Shown here piece after piece: positions 9,337-18,877 of a stretch of DNA of 64,000 nucleotides. The position numbers were made by a program, and so were the translations under genes. This DNA is from Candidatus Nomurabacteria bacterium RIFCSPHIGHO2_02_40_30 (lineage in GTDB: Bacteria; Patescibacteriota; Minisyncoccia; Phycocordibacterales; UBA9973), in contig MFTV01000010.1 of assembly GCA_001785445.1 (NCBI GenBank), forward strand, positions 101,566 through 165,565. Reading direction: 5' to 3'. Numbering within the stretch: the first letter of the stretch is position 1; the number at the start of each line of letters is the position of its first letter. Under the pieces are notes generated by a model that worked only from the letters and a program-made list of their open reading frames with translations, was not told the DNA's origin and made no database searches.

Positions 9337-11586
9337 TTATTTCATTTTGTTTAGTCTGTCTGGGCGATAGTTAGAACACTTATTACTACTACACCTTTCA
9401 GGTATAGTTTTTGTGCCTTCCATCATCAAAGACCCGCATTCTTTACAGACGTTGCCTGTAGGTTTGGCTTTGATGGCAAATTTACAGTCAGGGTAATTTG
9501 AACAAGAATAGAAAATTCCAAATCTTCCACGGCGCTCCGAAATGTCTCCCTTTTTACAAGTAGGGCAGATTACTCCAGTGCGTTTTTTTGCTTCTTCAGC
9601 CTCATCTTTCTTAATGAATTTACATTTTGGATAGCGAGAGCAAGAAATAAAGCTACCAGTGCCGTCTCGACGCTGTCGTATAACCAAAACCCCTTTTTCT
9701 TTCGGTTTACCTTTTTTTCCTGCCCCGTTGGAAGTACTCTTTCCTTCGGGGTCTCCACAATCAGGACACATTTCTCCGGTTTCTTTAGGGCCTTTTAATT
9801 CTGTGCCGTCAAGCATGAGGGCACCATCACAATCTGGATATTTGGAGCAAGAATAAAACTTACCTCCCCGTGAGAGTTTGATAATCATAGCGCTGCCACA
9901 TTTCGGACATTTCATATTCTCCGGAGCATCACCCAAGTTTGTAGCCTTTTCCAGCTTCTCTTTTGATTTTACGTCTTTAAGAAATGGTCCGTAAAAATCT
10001 TTCAATGTTTTCTCGTATTCGCGTTCACCTCGAGAAATTTCATCCAATTCATTTTCCATCTCAGCCGTAAAGCTATCAGATATATAACTCATAAAATGTT
10101 TCTCCAAGAAATCTGATACGACTTCACCTGTATCGGTGGGGAATAGTGTTTTACCTTCTTTGTTTACATAGCCTCTCTCTTCTATGGTCCTCATGATAGA
10201 CGCATAAGTAGACGGCCTGCCGATGTCTCTAGCCTCTAGTTCTTTGATTAAACCGGCTTCACTATATCTCCCTGGTGGCTCTGTAAACTTTTCTTCATTA
10301 TTTAGATCAAGTAACTTTAACTCTTCTCCAGTCTTGCAGATAGGCAATTCTACATCATCTCCGCGCGCGTCACTATCTATCGCGAGCCATCCTGGGAAAA
10401 GAAGCCGAGAGCCATTGGCAGTGAAGTCAGGTAATTCCTCATGCCCTTTTATCACCGCAGAAATTTTTGTTTTTAATAACTTTGCATCAGTCATCTGAGA
10501 AGAGATGGCTCGATCCCAAATTAGTCTATAGAGTCTGTCTTGGTCATCGCTACCAGCGGTAAGATTTTCTACATGTGTGGGACGAATAGCTTCGTGCGCT
10601 TCTTGAGCATTCTTGGATTTGGTTTTATAAATTCTGGCTTCAGCATATTCCTTGCCGTATTTTTTCTCCACGAAATTAATTATTTGAGTTTGCGCCACTG
10701 TGCCCAAGTTTGTACTGTCTGTTCGCATGTACGTTATATGTCCGGCTTCATAAAGTTTCTGCGCTATTTGCATTGTGCGTGAAGGGGAATAGCCGAGGCG
10801 TGAACTTGCAGTCTGCTGAAGAGTGGAGGTGGTAAATGGGGCGCGAGGGGAGCGTTTTTGCTCAGACTCTTTAACCGCACTTACAATCCAAGTGCCATTT
10901 TTTCCTTCAGTCATTATTTTCTCAACTAGTTTCGGGTCTCTCGGTTCTTCACTACACTCTAAAGTTATTTTGTCTCTCTTTATTGTTTCGAATAAACCAA
11001 ATATTCTCCAAAATTTTTCCGGAACAAAAGCTCGTATTTCTCTTTCTCGTTCCATAATTATACGCAATGCAGGAGACTGCACACGGCCAGCCGAGAGTCC
11101 GTAGCGTACCTTTTTCCAAATCAAACCAGAAAGGTCGTAACCAACGAGGCGATCTAATACTCGGCGCGCTTCTTGAGCTTTGCGTAAGTGAGTGTCTATT
11201 TTTCTCGGGTTTTGCAATGCTTCTTCTACGGCTTCTTTAGTTATCTCGTGAAAGGTGACTCGCGCTATCGGCGCTTTCACTTTTTTGTCTTGTTTCAAAA
11301 GTGTCTCTATGTGCCAAGCTATCGCTTCGCCTTCACGATCGGGGTCGGTAGCCAAAAGAACATCAGTCGCCTTTTCTGCCAACCCTTGCAGTTCGTGGAC
11401 AACTTTTTCTTTACCTTTAGAAACTTCGTAATGGGGGATAAAGCCACCTTCTATGTCGATGGCAATTTTATTTGATTTGGGTAAATCACGCACATGCCCC
11501 ACAGATGCGCGAACAGTAAATGCGCCTTCGAGATATTTCTCAATAGTTTTTGCTTTTGATGGTGATTCCACTATTAATAATTTCAT
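9337..11586 (-). CDS. topA: DNA topoisomerase I with four C-terminal zinc ribbons
   Basis: The Toprim N-terminus is MKLLIVESPSKAKTIEKYL...VGHVRDLP. Four C4-type zinc-ribbon repeats follow (CPKCG...CSKYPDC, CPDCG...CSRYPKC, CPTCK...CSNYPDC, CKECG...C). Confidence 0.9.
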   Translation of the reverse strand: MKLLIVESPSKAKTIEKYLEGAFTVRASVGHVRDLPKSNKIAIDIEGGFIPHYEVSKGKEKVVHELQGLAEKATDVLLATDPDREGEAIAWHIETLLKQDKKVKAPIARVTFHEITKEAVEEALQNPRKIDTHLRKAQEARRVLDRLVGYDLSGLIWKKVRYGLSAGRVQSPALRIIMEREREIRAFVPEKFWRIFGLFETIKRDKITLECSEEPRDPKLVEKIMTEGKNGTWIVSAVKESEQKRSPRAPFTTSTLQQTASSRLGYSPSRTMQIAQKLYEAGHITYMRTDSTNLGTVAQTQIINFVEKKYGKEYAEARIYKTKSKNAQEAHEAIRPTHVENLTAGSDDQDRLYRLIWDRAISSQMTDAKLLKTKISAVIKGHEELPDFTANGSRLLFPGWLAIDSDARGDDVELPICKTGEELKLLDLNNEEKFTEPPGRYSEAGLIKELEARDIGRPSTYASIMRTIEERGYVNKEGKTLFPTDTGEVVSDFLEKHFMSYISDSFTAEMENELDEISRGEREYEKTLKDFYGPFLKDVKSKEKLEKATNLGDAPENMKCPKCGSAMIIKLSRGGKFYSCSKYPDCDGALMLDGTELKGPKETGEMCPDCGDPEGKSTSNGAGKKGKPKEKGVLVIRQRRDGTGSFISCSRYPKCKFIKKDEAEEAKKRTGVICPTCKKGDISERRGRFGIFYSCSNYPDCKFAIKAKPTGNVCKECGSLMMEGTKTIPERCSSNKCSNYRPDRLNKMK

Positions 11587-11676
11587 GCAAGGCTAAGTAT
11601 TACACGAAAATCAAATTCTCGTCAAATTTCTGTCAAAAAAAGCTTGTGTCATAAGCTAAAAATAGGCTCCCTAAAC

Positions 11677-11705
11677 TTGACAAACATCGTAAATTATGCT
11701 ATACT
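11677..11705 (+). promoter_or_regulatory. Consensus sigma70 promoter (TTGACA, 17 nt, TATACT)
   Basis: A perfect -35 TTGACA lies at 11677-11682, followed by a 17-nt spacer and -10 TATACT at 11700-11705. An AAAGGA ribosome-binding site sits 8 nt before the ATG at 11756. Confidence 0.5.
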
Positions 11706-11755
11706 CCTTATTGGCTTCAGAAATACAGAACTCACTCACGAAAGGACCTACGAAA

Positions 11756-12190
11756 ATGCGAAGATTCGGTTTGTTCATTGCTACATTCCTGTTTGTCGGT
11801 CTTGGATCAGCGATGGCAGCGACTAAGTGCGAGGCTGCTAACGCTCGTCTTTTGGATGCGCAGATCACAGCGAAAGCTTCTTATAAGGCTGCTGTTGCGA
11901 AACGTGATGCCGCACTAAAAAAGTATGAAGACAACCTCGATCTCGCGCAGAAAGCGGGACGAATTCCTACAGAGCCGATCGAGAAGACCGACTTCAGTGA
12001 ACTCGAAAAAAAGGTTGATGAGGTGTGCGAGAAGGAAGTTGCACAGCTCGTCAATCAATGGGTCATCGTAACTAATCAGCTCGTGGCCGCACTTTGTCGC
12101 AACGACGCTGACAATAGAGCGTGTGCGAATCTCCGAGAAGTGGTCGACAGTATAAAGGCCATCAATTCTAAGGACAAGGCTGGCAACTAG
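11756..12190 (+). CDS. Small secreted, mostly alpha-helical 4-Cys protein of unknown function, in a GC-rich island
   Basis: The sequence MRRFGLFIATFLFVGLGSAMAATKCE looks like a signal peptide with an AMA-A cleavage site. The mature part is ~120 aa, Ala/Lys-rich, with 4 Cys. Local GC is about 50% against ~36% in the flanks. The ATG with its ribosome-binding site is preferred over the track start at 11696. Confidence 0.5.
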   Translation: MRRFGLFIATFLFVGLGSAMAATKCEAANARLLDAQITAKASYKAAVAKRDAALKKYEDNLDLAQKAGRIPTEPIEKTDFSELEKKVDEVCEKEVAQLVNQWVIVTNQLVAALCRNDADNRACANLREVVDSIKAINSKDKAGN

Positions 12191-12262
12191 CATCTAAAAA
12201 GTGACGCTCTGACACTTCAACATCAGAGCAACGGGTCGATAGGTCCCGAGAAACTATCAGAA

Positions 12263-12300
12263 AGCCAGTAGCCTTTAGTCGGGTTGTACTGGTTTTTTTA
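12263..12300 (+). terminator. Putative intrinsic terminator after the secreted-protein gene
   Basis: Stem GCCAGTA/TACTGGT with a 16-nt loop, followed by TTTTTTTA. It is oriented for the plus strand only. Confidence 0.3.
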
Positions 12301-12301
12301 T

Positions 12302-13168
12302 TTATATTAATTTAATCTCACCCATTTCTTCCTTAATTAATTCTTTTATTTCCATTACAGATAGGATGGCGTTGGCGGTCGGAGTTGGGAATTTCATTGC
12401 TCTGATTAAATCATCTCTTCCCATAGGTTCACGAAGCAAGTCCACCACCTTTTTTTCTTCCGGCGATAAATCTAAAAATAATTTTGCTTGCTTTTCTTCA
12501 TCTTTTGGTTTTTCAAAACCCAGAGCTTCCAAAACATCTTCCGCGCAGGTTACGGGAGTTGCGCCTTGGTGCAATAATTTATTCGTGCCTTTGGAGTTGG
12601 GAGAAAATATTGAACCTGGAACCACTAATAAATCACGATTGTATTCTGTGGTGAGCCTTGCAGTAATAAGGGTGCCGGATCTTTCTTCCGCCTCTATTAT
12701 TAACGTTGCTTTTGAAATGCCGGCCATCAACCTGTTTCTCATGGGGAAGCTCCATTGGGTAGCTTTGAAAGTAGGTTCAAATTCTGATATTAAACATCCA
12801 CCATTTCCTACAATTTCTTCCATAAGTCTTACATTTGTTTTAGGGTACATTGCTTCAGCGGATAGCCCGGAACCTGGGAATACTAAAGTTTTTAACCCTA
12901 CCTGCATTGCCTTTTTGTGGGCGATAGTATCTATGCCCATAGCAAAACCGGAAACGACGGCTATAGGATAACCCTTTAATCCCGCAATTATTTTCTCGCA
13001 AGCTTCCCTGCCGTACGAAGTAAATTTACGCGAACCAACAACGCATAAATATATTAAATTCTCGGTAGGTAGCTCACCGATAATCCAGAGGTCGGCTGGA
13101 GGTTGAGGTATCTCCAAGAGTGCTTTTGGAAACTTATTTTTAGCCAACTTTTTGATTTCCACATACAA
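12302..13168 (-). CDS. dprA: DNA processing protein DprA (Smf)
   Basis: The Rossmann-like DprA core is present: VVSGFAMGIDTIAHKKAM ... GGCLISEFEP ... RNRLMAGISKATLIIEAEERSGTLITARL. Confidence 0.75.
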   Translation of the reverse strand: MYVEIKKLAKNKFPKALLEIPQPPADLWIIGELPTENLIYLCVVGSRKFTSYGREACEKIIAGLKGYPIAVVSGFAMGIDTIAHKKAMQVGLKTLVFPGSGLSAEAMYPKTNVRLMEEIVGNGGCLISEFEPTFKATQWSFPMRNRLMAGISKATLIIEAEERSGTLITARLTTEYNRDLLVVPGSIFSPNSKGTNKLLHQGATPVTCAEDVLEALGFEKPKDEEKQAKLFLDLSPEEKKVVDLLREPMGRDDLIRAMKFPTPTANAILSVMEIKELIKEEMGEIKLI

Positions 13169-13185
13169 TAGTATATAGTATATAT

Positions 13186-14451
13186 ATGTTAGACATCAAA
13201 TTCATTCGTGAAAACAAAGATATAGTGCAGGCAGGCGCCAAGAAAAAGCATACTGATATAGATATTGAAAAGCTTGTTACGCTTGATGACGAACGCCTGA
13301 AAGAACTAAAAGAAGTCGAAGACTTACGGGCAGAAGTAAATAGAGTCTCTAATGATATATCTCGCAATCAGGACTCGGCGCTCAAAATTCAACTCATAGA
13401 AGAAATGCGTATTGTTAAGGAAGATATTAAAGTCAAAGAAGGAAAATTGAAAGAAATAATAACAGAGTGGCAAGTTCTAATGTTGCAAGTTCCGAATGTA
13501 CCGGATATGAGTGTGCCCGAAGGATCGGGTGAAGATGAAAACAAAGAACTCCGGACATGGGGTGAAAAACCAGTCTTTAGTTTTGAACCCAAAGATCACA
13601 TTGAGATAATGACCAAACTCGATATGGCTGATTTTGAGCGTGGAGTTAAAGCACACGGCTTTAGAGGGTATTTTTTGAAAAACGACGGGGCATTACTGTC
13701 GTGGGCCATATGGAATTATGCGCAGGAATTTTTTCTGAAAAAAAATTTTAGTCCTTTTATTCCTCCGGTTATTTTAAATAAAGAGCATTTTTTCGGTACA
13801 GGACATCTACCAGGTGGAGCAGAAGATATCTTTCAAACCCAAGATGGTCAATATTTGGCCGGTACGGCCGAAGTACCAATGATGGCTTACCACGCAAGTG
13901 AAATACTTTCGGAGAAAGACCTGCCGAAACGTTATCTTGCTTTCTCTCCGTGTTTCAGAAGAGAAGCAGGTGCCCATTCCAAGGATGTAAAAGGTCTTAT
14001 TCGCGTGCATGAGTTTTATAAATTGGAACAGCTCGTTCTATGCAAAGCAAGTCATGAAGAGTCGGTAAAATTCCACGAAGAATTAAATCGTAACACTGAA
14101 GAATTTATAGAATCTCTTGGAATCCCTTATAGACAAGTTGTAATATGCACTGGGGATTTAAAAGGGGCTCATGTTAAATCATACGACACAGAGCTTTGGG
14201 TACCAAAAGAAGGGAAATATCGGGAGATAGCAAGCGCATCTTATTATCATGATTTTCAAACCCGCAGATTTGGCATTCGCTATCGTGACCAAGAAGGAAA
14301 AATACATTACGCGCATTCACTAAACGCTACCGCGATTCCTACCCCACGAATTCTGGTTTCTCTTATAGAAAACTACCAACAGGCAGACGGTTCTATAAAG
14401 ATTCCGGAAGTTTTAAGAAAATACCTAGGAGGAAAAGAATTTATAAAGTAA
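13186..14451 (+). CDS. serS: Seryl-tRNA synthetase
   Basis: The N-terminal coiled-coil arm is MLDIKFIRENKDIVQ. Class II motifs are present (FRRE, GLIRVHEF) along with a C-terminal GSIKIPEVL. Confidence 0.9.
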   Translation: MLDIKFIRENKDIVQAGAKKKHTDIDIEKLVTLDDERLKELKEVEDLRAEVNRVSNDISRNQDSALKIQLIEEMRIVKEDIKVKEGKLKEIITEWQVLMLQVPNVPDMSVPEGSGEDENKELRTWGEKPVFSFEPKDHIEIMTKLDMADFERGVKAHGFRGYFLKNDGALLSWAIWNYAQEFFLKKNFSPFIPPVILNKEHFFGTGHLPGGAEDIFQTQDGQYLAGTAEVPMMAYHASEILSEKDLPKRYLAFSPCFRREAGAHSKDVKGLIRVHEFYKLEQLVLCKASHEESVKFHEELNRNTEEFIESLGIPYRQVVICTGDLKGAHVKSYDTELWVPKEGKYREIASASYYHDFQTRRFGIRYRDQEGKIHYAHSLNATAIPTPRILVSLIENYQQADGSIKIPEVLRKYLGGKEFIK

Positions 14452-14457
14452 AATAGC

Positions 14458-15252
14458 ATGAAAAAGAGGAATGTTTTAAATTCTCCACGTCTCTTAGCGC
14501 TAAAAAGGCGCAAGCGAAGAACTGTTTTGAGTAAAATATTACTTTTATTAGTTGTACTTTTGGCAATCTTGGGAAGCCTTGCTTATATTTTTCGCATTCC
14601 TAGTTTAAATATTAAGTCGGTAGAAATAGATGGCACTAGAGTAATAGATGCAGATACTATTAGAGCGAATATAGAAAAAGAGATTGCCGGTAACTATCTC
14701 TGGATTTTACCAAAAACAAATATATTTTTGTATCCAAAAAGTAAAATTAAAGAGGAACTTAGTAAGAGTTTTAAGAGATTAAAGAATATAGATGTCTCTA
14801 CTTTAAATAATACTGTACTCAAAGTAACTGTCTTTGAAAGGGAAGCCAAATATTTGTGGTGTGAGACGGAGGAAAAATGCTACTTCATGGATGGAGACGG
14901 TTTTATTTTTGATGAGGCTCCGTATTTTTCCGGCGAGGTTTATTTTAGATTTTATGGTTCGAGTAACGGAGACTTTGTGAAGTTATTTCCATTTAAAAAA
15001 ATAATTGAAGATATGGGACTGAAGCCCATCGGGTTATCAATATTAGAAAACAGCAATGTTGAAATGTTTCTCTCCGGTAAAAGTAAGCCAAAAATAATCT
15101 TCAATGCGACTTCTGATTTTCAAAAAATAGCAGAAAACTTGCAGGCAGCCCTTGCCACCGAGCCACTACGCTCTGATTTTAAAAATAAATATTCATCTCT
15201 TTTGTACCTTGACTTGCGGTACGGAAATAAGGTCTACTTCAAGTTCAAATGA
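14458..15252 (+). CDS. FtsQ/DivIB-like cell division protein (TM + POTRA)
   Basis: A basic N-terminus and a single TM helix (ILLLLVVLLAILGSLAYIF) are followed by an IKSVEIDGTRVIDADTI POTRA-like start. Confidence 0.4.
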   Translation: MKKRNVLNSPRLLALKRRKRRTVLSKILLLLVVLLAILGSLAYIFRIPSLNIKSVEIDGTRVIDADTIRANIEKEIAGNYLWILPKTNIFLYPKSKIKEELSKSFKRLKNIDVSTLNNTVLKVTVFEREAKYLWCETEEKCYFMDGDGFIFDEAPYFSGEVYFRFYGSSNGDFVKLFPFKKIIEDMGLKPIGLSILENSNVEMFLSGKSKPKIIFNATSDFQKIAENLQAALATEPLRSDFKNKYSSLLYLDLRYGNKVYFKFK

Positions 15253-16208
15253 TTAACCTAGGGTTCTGGGGAGAAATTAAAAAGCCGATTTTCTGCCTTG
15301 CGCCGATGGCAGACGTCACCGACTGCGCTTTCAGGCAGATAATTGCGAAATATGGTAAACCGGATGTTTTTTGGACAGAATTTGTATCAGCAGATGGATT
15401 GTGTAGTGCTGGCAGAGAAAAACTTTTAGTTGATTTTATCTACAGCGAAAACGAAAGACCAATGGTAGCTCAAATTTTCGGATCTAAACCGGAAAACATA
15501 AAGAAAGCTTCGGAACTTTGTAGAGAGCTTGGTTTTGACGGAGTAGATATAAATATGGGATGCCCTGATAAATCTATCGAGAAGCAGTGCGCCGGCGCAG
15601 CTATGATGAAAAATCCTCAACTTGCTCGGGAAATTATTCGTGCGGCCAAAGAAGGCGCAGGTGATTTGCCAGTGTCTGTGAAAACTCGCATTGGTTACAA
15701 TAAAAATGAAATTGAAACTTGGATAAGGGAGCTGTTGTCGGAAGATATAGCGGCGCTTACGGTGCATTTGCGTACCCGTAAAGAAATGTCTAATGTTCCT
15801 GCGCACTGGGACTTGATGAAAAGAATAGTTCAAATTAGAAATGAAATGAAGAAAAAAACTTTAATACTAGGCAATGGCGATGTCTTAAATTTAGAAGATG
15901 CGAAAAGAAAAGTGGAGGAGACAGGCTGCGACGGAGTGATGCTCGGTAAAGCAATCTTTGGTAACCCGTGGTTGTTTGCTGAAAAAGTTCCATCTATTAA
16001 AGAGAAGCTCGAAGTCATGATAGAACACACCAAGCTTTTTGAAAAAATGCTGAGTGGGCATAAAAACTTCGCCATTATGAAAAAACATTACAAAGCATAT
16101 GTGAATGGTTTTGATGGGGCGAAAGAGCTTCGAGTGAAACTCATGGAAGCTGAGAATGCTCTTCAAGTAGAAAACATAGCTAATGATTTTTTAGGTAAAA
16201 TAGAGTAG
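15249..16208 (+). CDS. dus: tRNA-dihydrouridine synthase
   Basis: CLAPMADVTDCAFRQI, INMGCP and the FMN-binding TIM-barrel motifs are present. Confidence 0.8.
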   Translation: MINLGFWGEIKKPIFCLAPMADVTDCAFRQIIAKYGKPDVFWTEFVSADGLCSAGREKLLVDFIYSENERPMVAQIFGSKPENIKKASELCRELGFDGVDINMGCPDKSIEKQCAGAAMMKNPQLAREIIRAAKEGAGDLPVSVKTRIGYNKNEIETWIRELLSEDIAALTVHLRTRKEMSNVPAHWDLMKRIVQIRNEMKKKTLILGNGDVLNLEDAKRKVEETGCDGVMLGKAIFGNPWLFAEKVPSIKEKLEVMIEHTKLFEKMLSGHKNFAIMKKHYKAYVNGFDGAKELRVKLMEAENALQVENIANDFLGKIE

Positions 16209-16217
16209 AATAAAAAT

Positions 16218-17255
16218 ATGCATGATTTGGCGTTATATCGTAAATACAGACCGAAAAAGTTTAAGGAGGTTCTGGGGCAGAACCACATCGTAGATGTCTT
16301 AGAGAGTTCTGTGGAGACAAATAAAGTCTCCCATGCATACCTTTTCGTAGGTTCGAGGGGAACAGGGAAAACTTCCGTGGCAAGAATTTTTGCTACAAGT
16401 ATTGGGGTTTCAATAAATGACATGTACGAAATAGATGCCGCCTCGAATAGAGGAATTGAAGATATTAAAGAGTTGCGTGATGGTGCACGAGTATTGCCTT
16501 TTGATTCTAAATATAAAGTTTATATCATTGATGAAGTGCACATGCTCTCGAAGGATGCTTGGGGAGCGCTACTTAAAACTCTAGAAGAGCCACCAAAGCA
16601 TGTAATATTTATTTTAGCTACCACTGAAATGCAAAAAGTGCCGGAGACTATTATTTCTCGCTGTCAGGTTTTTGTTTTCAAAAAAGCCACGGACACTGTC
16701 AATAAAAAGATGCTCATTGATGTTGCCAAAAAAGAAGGGTTTGAACTGGATGCTGGGTCAGCAGAGCTTCTCGCAATCTTGGCGGACGGCTCGTTCCGAG
16801 ATGCTCTTGGTGAACTTCAGAAAGTTGTGAACTTTAGCAAAGGAAAGAAAATAAAAATTGAAGATGTGGAGAAAATAACCGGCGCTCCAAAGACAGTACT
16901 CGTGAATAATTTTATTTCCGCAATCGCTGAAAAAAATCTAGAGAAGGGAATAGGAGTTGTCCAGAAAGCATCGGCAGAGAACCTAGACATGAAGTTATTT
17001 TTGAAACTTATAGTGTCGAAGCTACGTTTAGCTATAATTTTGCGCTATGCGCCAAAATTAAAAAATGAAATGGTAGGGGATTTGAGTGAAGCTGATATTG
17101 AATTCCTGCAAAACGTAGTCAAAACAGATAAAGAAGGCATGCTTCGTTCAGGGGCATTGGCTATTTTACTTGAAGCGTACCAGAATATAGACAATGCATT
17201 CATCGCCGAGCTGCCCCTCGAGCTTGCATTGGTTAAGATACTCGGCAAAGAATAA
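16218..17255 (+). CDS. dnaX: DNA polymerase III gamma/tau-like clamp-loader subunit (short form)
   Basis: YRPKKFKEVLGQNHIV, Walker A GSRGTGKTS, the DnaX-type Walker B/sensor IIDEVHMLSKDAWGALLKTLEEPP and the SRC motif IISRCQVF are present. At 345 aa, a delta-prime (HolB) assignment cannot be excluded. Confidence 0.6.
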   Translation: MHDLALYRKYRPKKFKEVLGQNHIVDVLESSVETNKVSHAYLFVGSRGTGKTSVARIFATSIGVSINDMYEIDAASNRGIEDIKELRDGARVLPFDSKYKVYIIDEVHMLSKDAWGALLKTLEEPPKHVIFILATTEMQKVPETIISRCQVFVFKKATDTVNKKMLIDVAKKEGFELDAGSAELLAILADGSFRDALGELQKVVNFSKGKKIKIEDVEKITGAPKTVLVNNFISAIAEKNLEKGIGVVQKASAENLDMKLFLKLIVSKLRLAIILRYAPKLKNEMVGDLSEADIEFLQNVVKTDKEGMLRSGALAILLEAYQNIDNAFIAELPLELALVKILGKE

Positions 17256-17330
17256 GCTTAATAGGAAAACTCGTCAGTGGGGTGCTGACGAGTTAGATAT
17301 TGCAGGCCATCAAACCCCAGGCCAGTTTAC

Positions 17331-17672
17331 TTAAACGAGAGCAGAAGTGACCCCCTGCGCCGTTTTAACGAATTCGTCGTAGCTCACGCCCTTTCCTGTA
17401 ACCACGGTTCTATCCAGATCGGGATCGTACACAGCAGGATAGATCGTGACTTTGGAGAATGAACCGACGTTTCCTTCCATAACCGTCTTGAGGTTGTGGA
17501 CCCAGGCGCGTTCAATGCCTGATGAACTTTTGCGGTTTTTCTTGTGGATGGGTTTTCGAGATCTACTGATGAAATCCAGATAGCCCACTTGGATGACGAA
17601 ACCTGCGGCTTTTTCTGCCATTGGCGTCTTTCCTCTTTTCCTTTTCGAGATTACTGTCAGCCTAAAAAACAA
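17331..17672 (-). CDS. Hypothetical protein in a GC-rich (~48%) island adjacent to tRNA-Gln; no recognisable family
   Basis: The minus-strand ORF is 113 codons (96 aa from an internal Met). Its composition differs from the neighbours, and no motif was recognised. Confidence 0.3.
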   Translation of the reverse strand: MFFRLTVISKRKRGKTPMAEKAAGFVIQVGYLDFISRSRKPIHKKNRKSSSGIERAWVHNLKTVMEGNVGSFSKVTIYPAVYDPDLDRTVVTGKGVSYDEFVKTAQGVTSALV

Positions 17673-17766
17673 GGAACAAACAGTTAAGGAAACAATAGTA
17701 GAGAATCATGTTTATGTCAACAGTTAGATTTCAACCTGTATTTATGCTATAACTTAAGCGTTATAT

Positions 17767-17837
17767 TGGGATATCGTCTAATGGTAGGACAGAGGCCTTT
17801 GAAGCCTTTAATCGTGGTTCGAATCCATGTATCCCAG
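17767..17837 (+). tRNA. tRNA-Gln (anticodon TTG)
   Basis: Acceptor stem TGGGATA/TATCCCA, D-arm GTCT..GGAC, anticodon stem-loop GAGGC-CTTTGAA-GCCTT (TTG at 34-36), T-arm CGTGG-TTCGAAT-CCATG and discriminator G. Confidence 0.85.
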
Positions 17838-17952
17838 CAATAAGGAATATCCGTATAGGAAAGGCGCTCTCGAAGCTAAAGGGCGGAATGCGTCGACCTT
17901 GTTGTTGGGCTGGTTGCAGTCATCGTTAAAATAAATCTGATATAATGTCCTT

Positions 17953-18411
17953 ATGAAAGAATTAGCGCCAGATGTAAACTCGCAAGAGCATTGGGAGAAT
18001 ATATTAGAGAAAAAGAGGATGCCGGCAGAGCTTCCATTTGAATCTGTGCGGGCAAAAAGGGTAGGAATCGACCTTGTATCTTTGGACTTGGTTGACTCTG
18101 AAGCCGAAGCATTTGCAAATAAACTAAGAGAGGAAGGACCGAATAACGTCCCAATGGAATTCCCAGAAAGTATGGGCGAAGTGATTTCTGAAATAGAAAG
18201 CCTAAAAGAAGCTTTAGTAACGCAAAATATTCCAGAACAAGAAATACATTTAACTATTCACACATCATGTGTCAACGACCAAGATTGCATAATATTATTC
18301 CATAATAATGGCAATAAATATCACTTTAATACAAAAGATATAAAAGGGTATACGAGAGAAAAAATGGTTGAGAGTCTAGCTTCGCACAATATTGCTTGTG
18401 GTGAAAAATAA
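17953..18411 (+). CDS. Hypothetical acidic protein
   Basis: The ORF is 152 aa with no recognised motifs. Confidence 0.4.
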   Translation: MKELAPDVNSQEHWENILEKKRMPAELPFESVRAKRVGIDLVSLDLVDSEAEAFANKLREEGPNNVPMEFPESMGEVISEIESLKEALVTQNIPEQEIHLTIHTSCVNDQDCIILFHNNGNKYHFNTKDIKGYTREKMVESLASHNIACGEK

Positions 18412-18413
18412 AT

Positions 18414-18875
18414 ATGAATAACAAACTAAAAATAATAATTTCTATACTTCTACTACTTGTTATCGGTTATACTATAGGTACTTCTACCAGGAAAATTTCT
18501 GAAGAAGAAATAAAAACAATAGAGGAAAAAGTTACTTACGACAGAGCGTCTACGGATTTGATTGTGGTAAACCTTCCGTTTCCGGGGGCAGTCACGGGTA
18601 AAGAATTCAGCGTCATAGGCAAAGCCCGCGGAGTATGGTTTTTTGAGGCTTCATTCCCTATTGATGTTTTAGACAAAGATGGCAAAATTTTAGTGCAGAC
18701 TTTTGCCACAGCGCAAGGGGAGTGGATGACAAATGACTTTGTGCCATTTAAAGGAGAAGTGAAAGTACCCGAGTCTTACATAGGTCCTGCAACACTTATA
18801 TTAAGAAAAGACAACGCATCCGGTCTGCCGGAACATGATGCATCTGTATCATTCCCATTTGTTATAGAATATTAA
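18414..18875 (+). CDS. Secreted/membrane-anchored protein with a Gmad2-like immunoglobulin-like domain
   Basis: An N-terminal TM/signal helix is present. The C-terminal region resembles the Gmad2 Ig-like fold pattern (GVWFFEASFP...GEWMTNDFVPF...LILRKDNASGLPE). Confidence 0.4.
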   Translation: MNNKLKIIISILLLLVIGYTIGTSTRKISEEEIKTIEEKVTYDRASTDLIVVNLPFPGAVTGKEFSVIGKARGVWFFEASFPIDVLDKDGKILVQTFATAQGEWMTNDFVPFKGEVKVPESYIGPATLILRKDNASGLPEHDASVSFPFVIEY

Positions 18876-18877
18876 TT

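Noticed and set aside
17256-17700. The GC-rich segment as tmRNA, RNase P RNA or SRP RNA
   Set aside because: Neither strand shows the tmRNA tRNA-like 3' end (GGTTCGA.TCC...CCA), RNase P P4 sequences (AGGAAAGTCCGGGC / ACAGAA.CCGGCTTA) or the SRP domain IV motif (GGAAGGAAGCAGC). It is left as an uncharacterised island pending a covariance-model scan.
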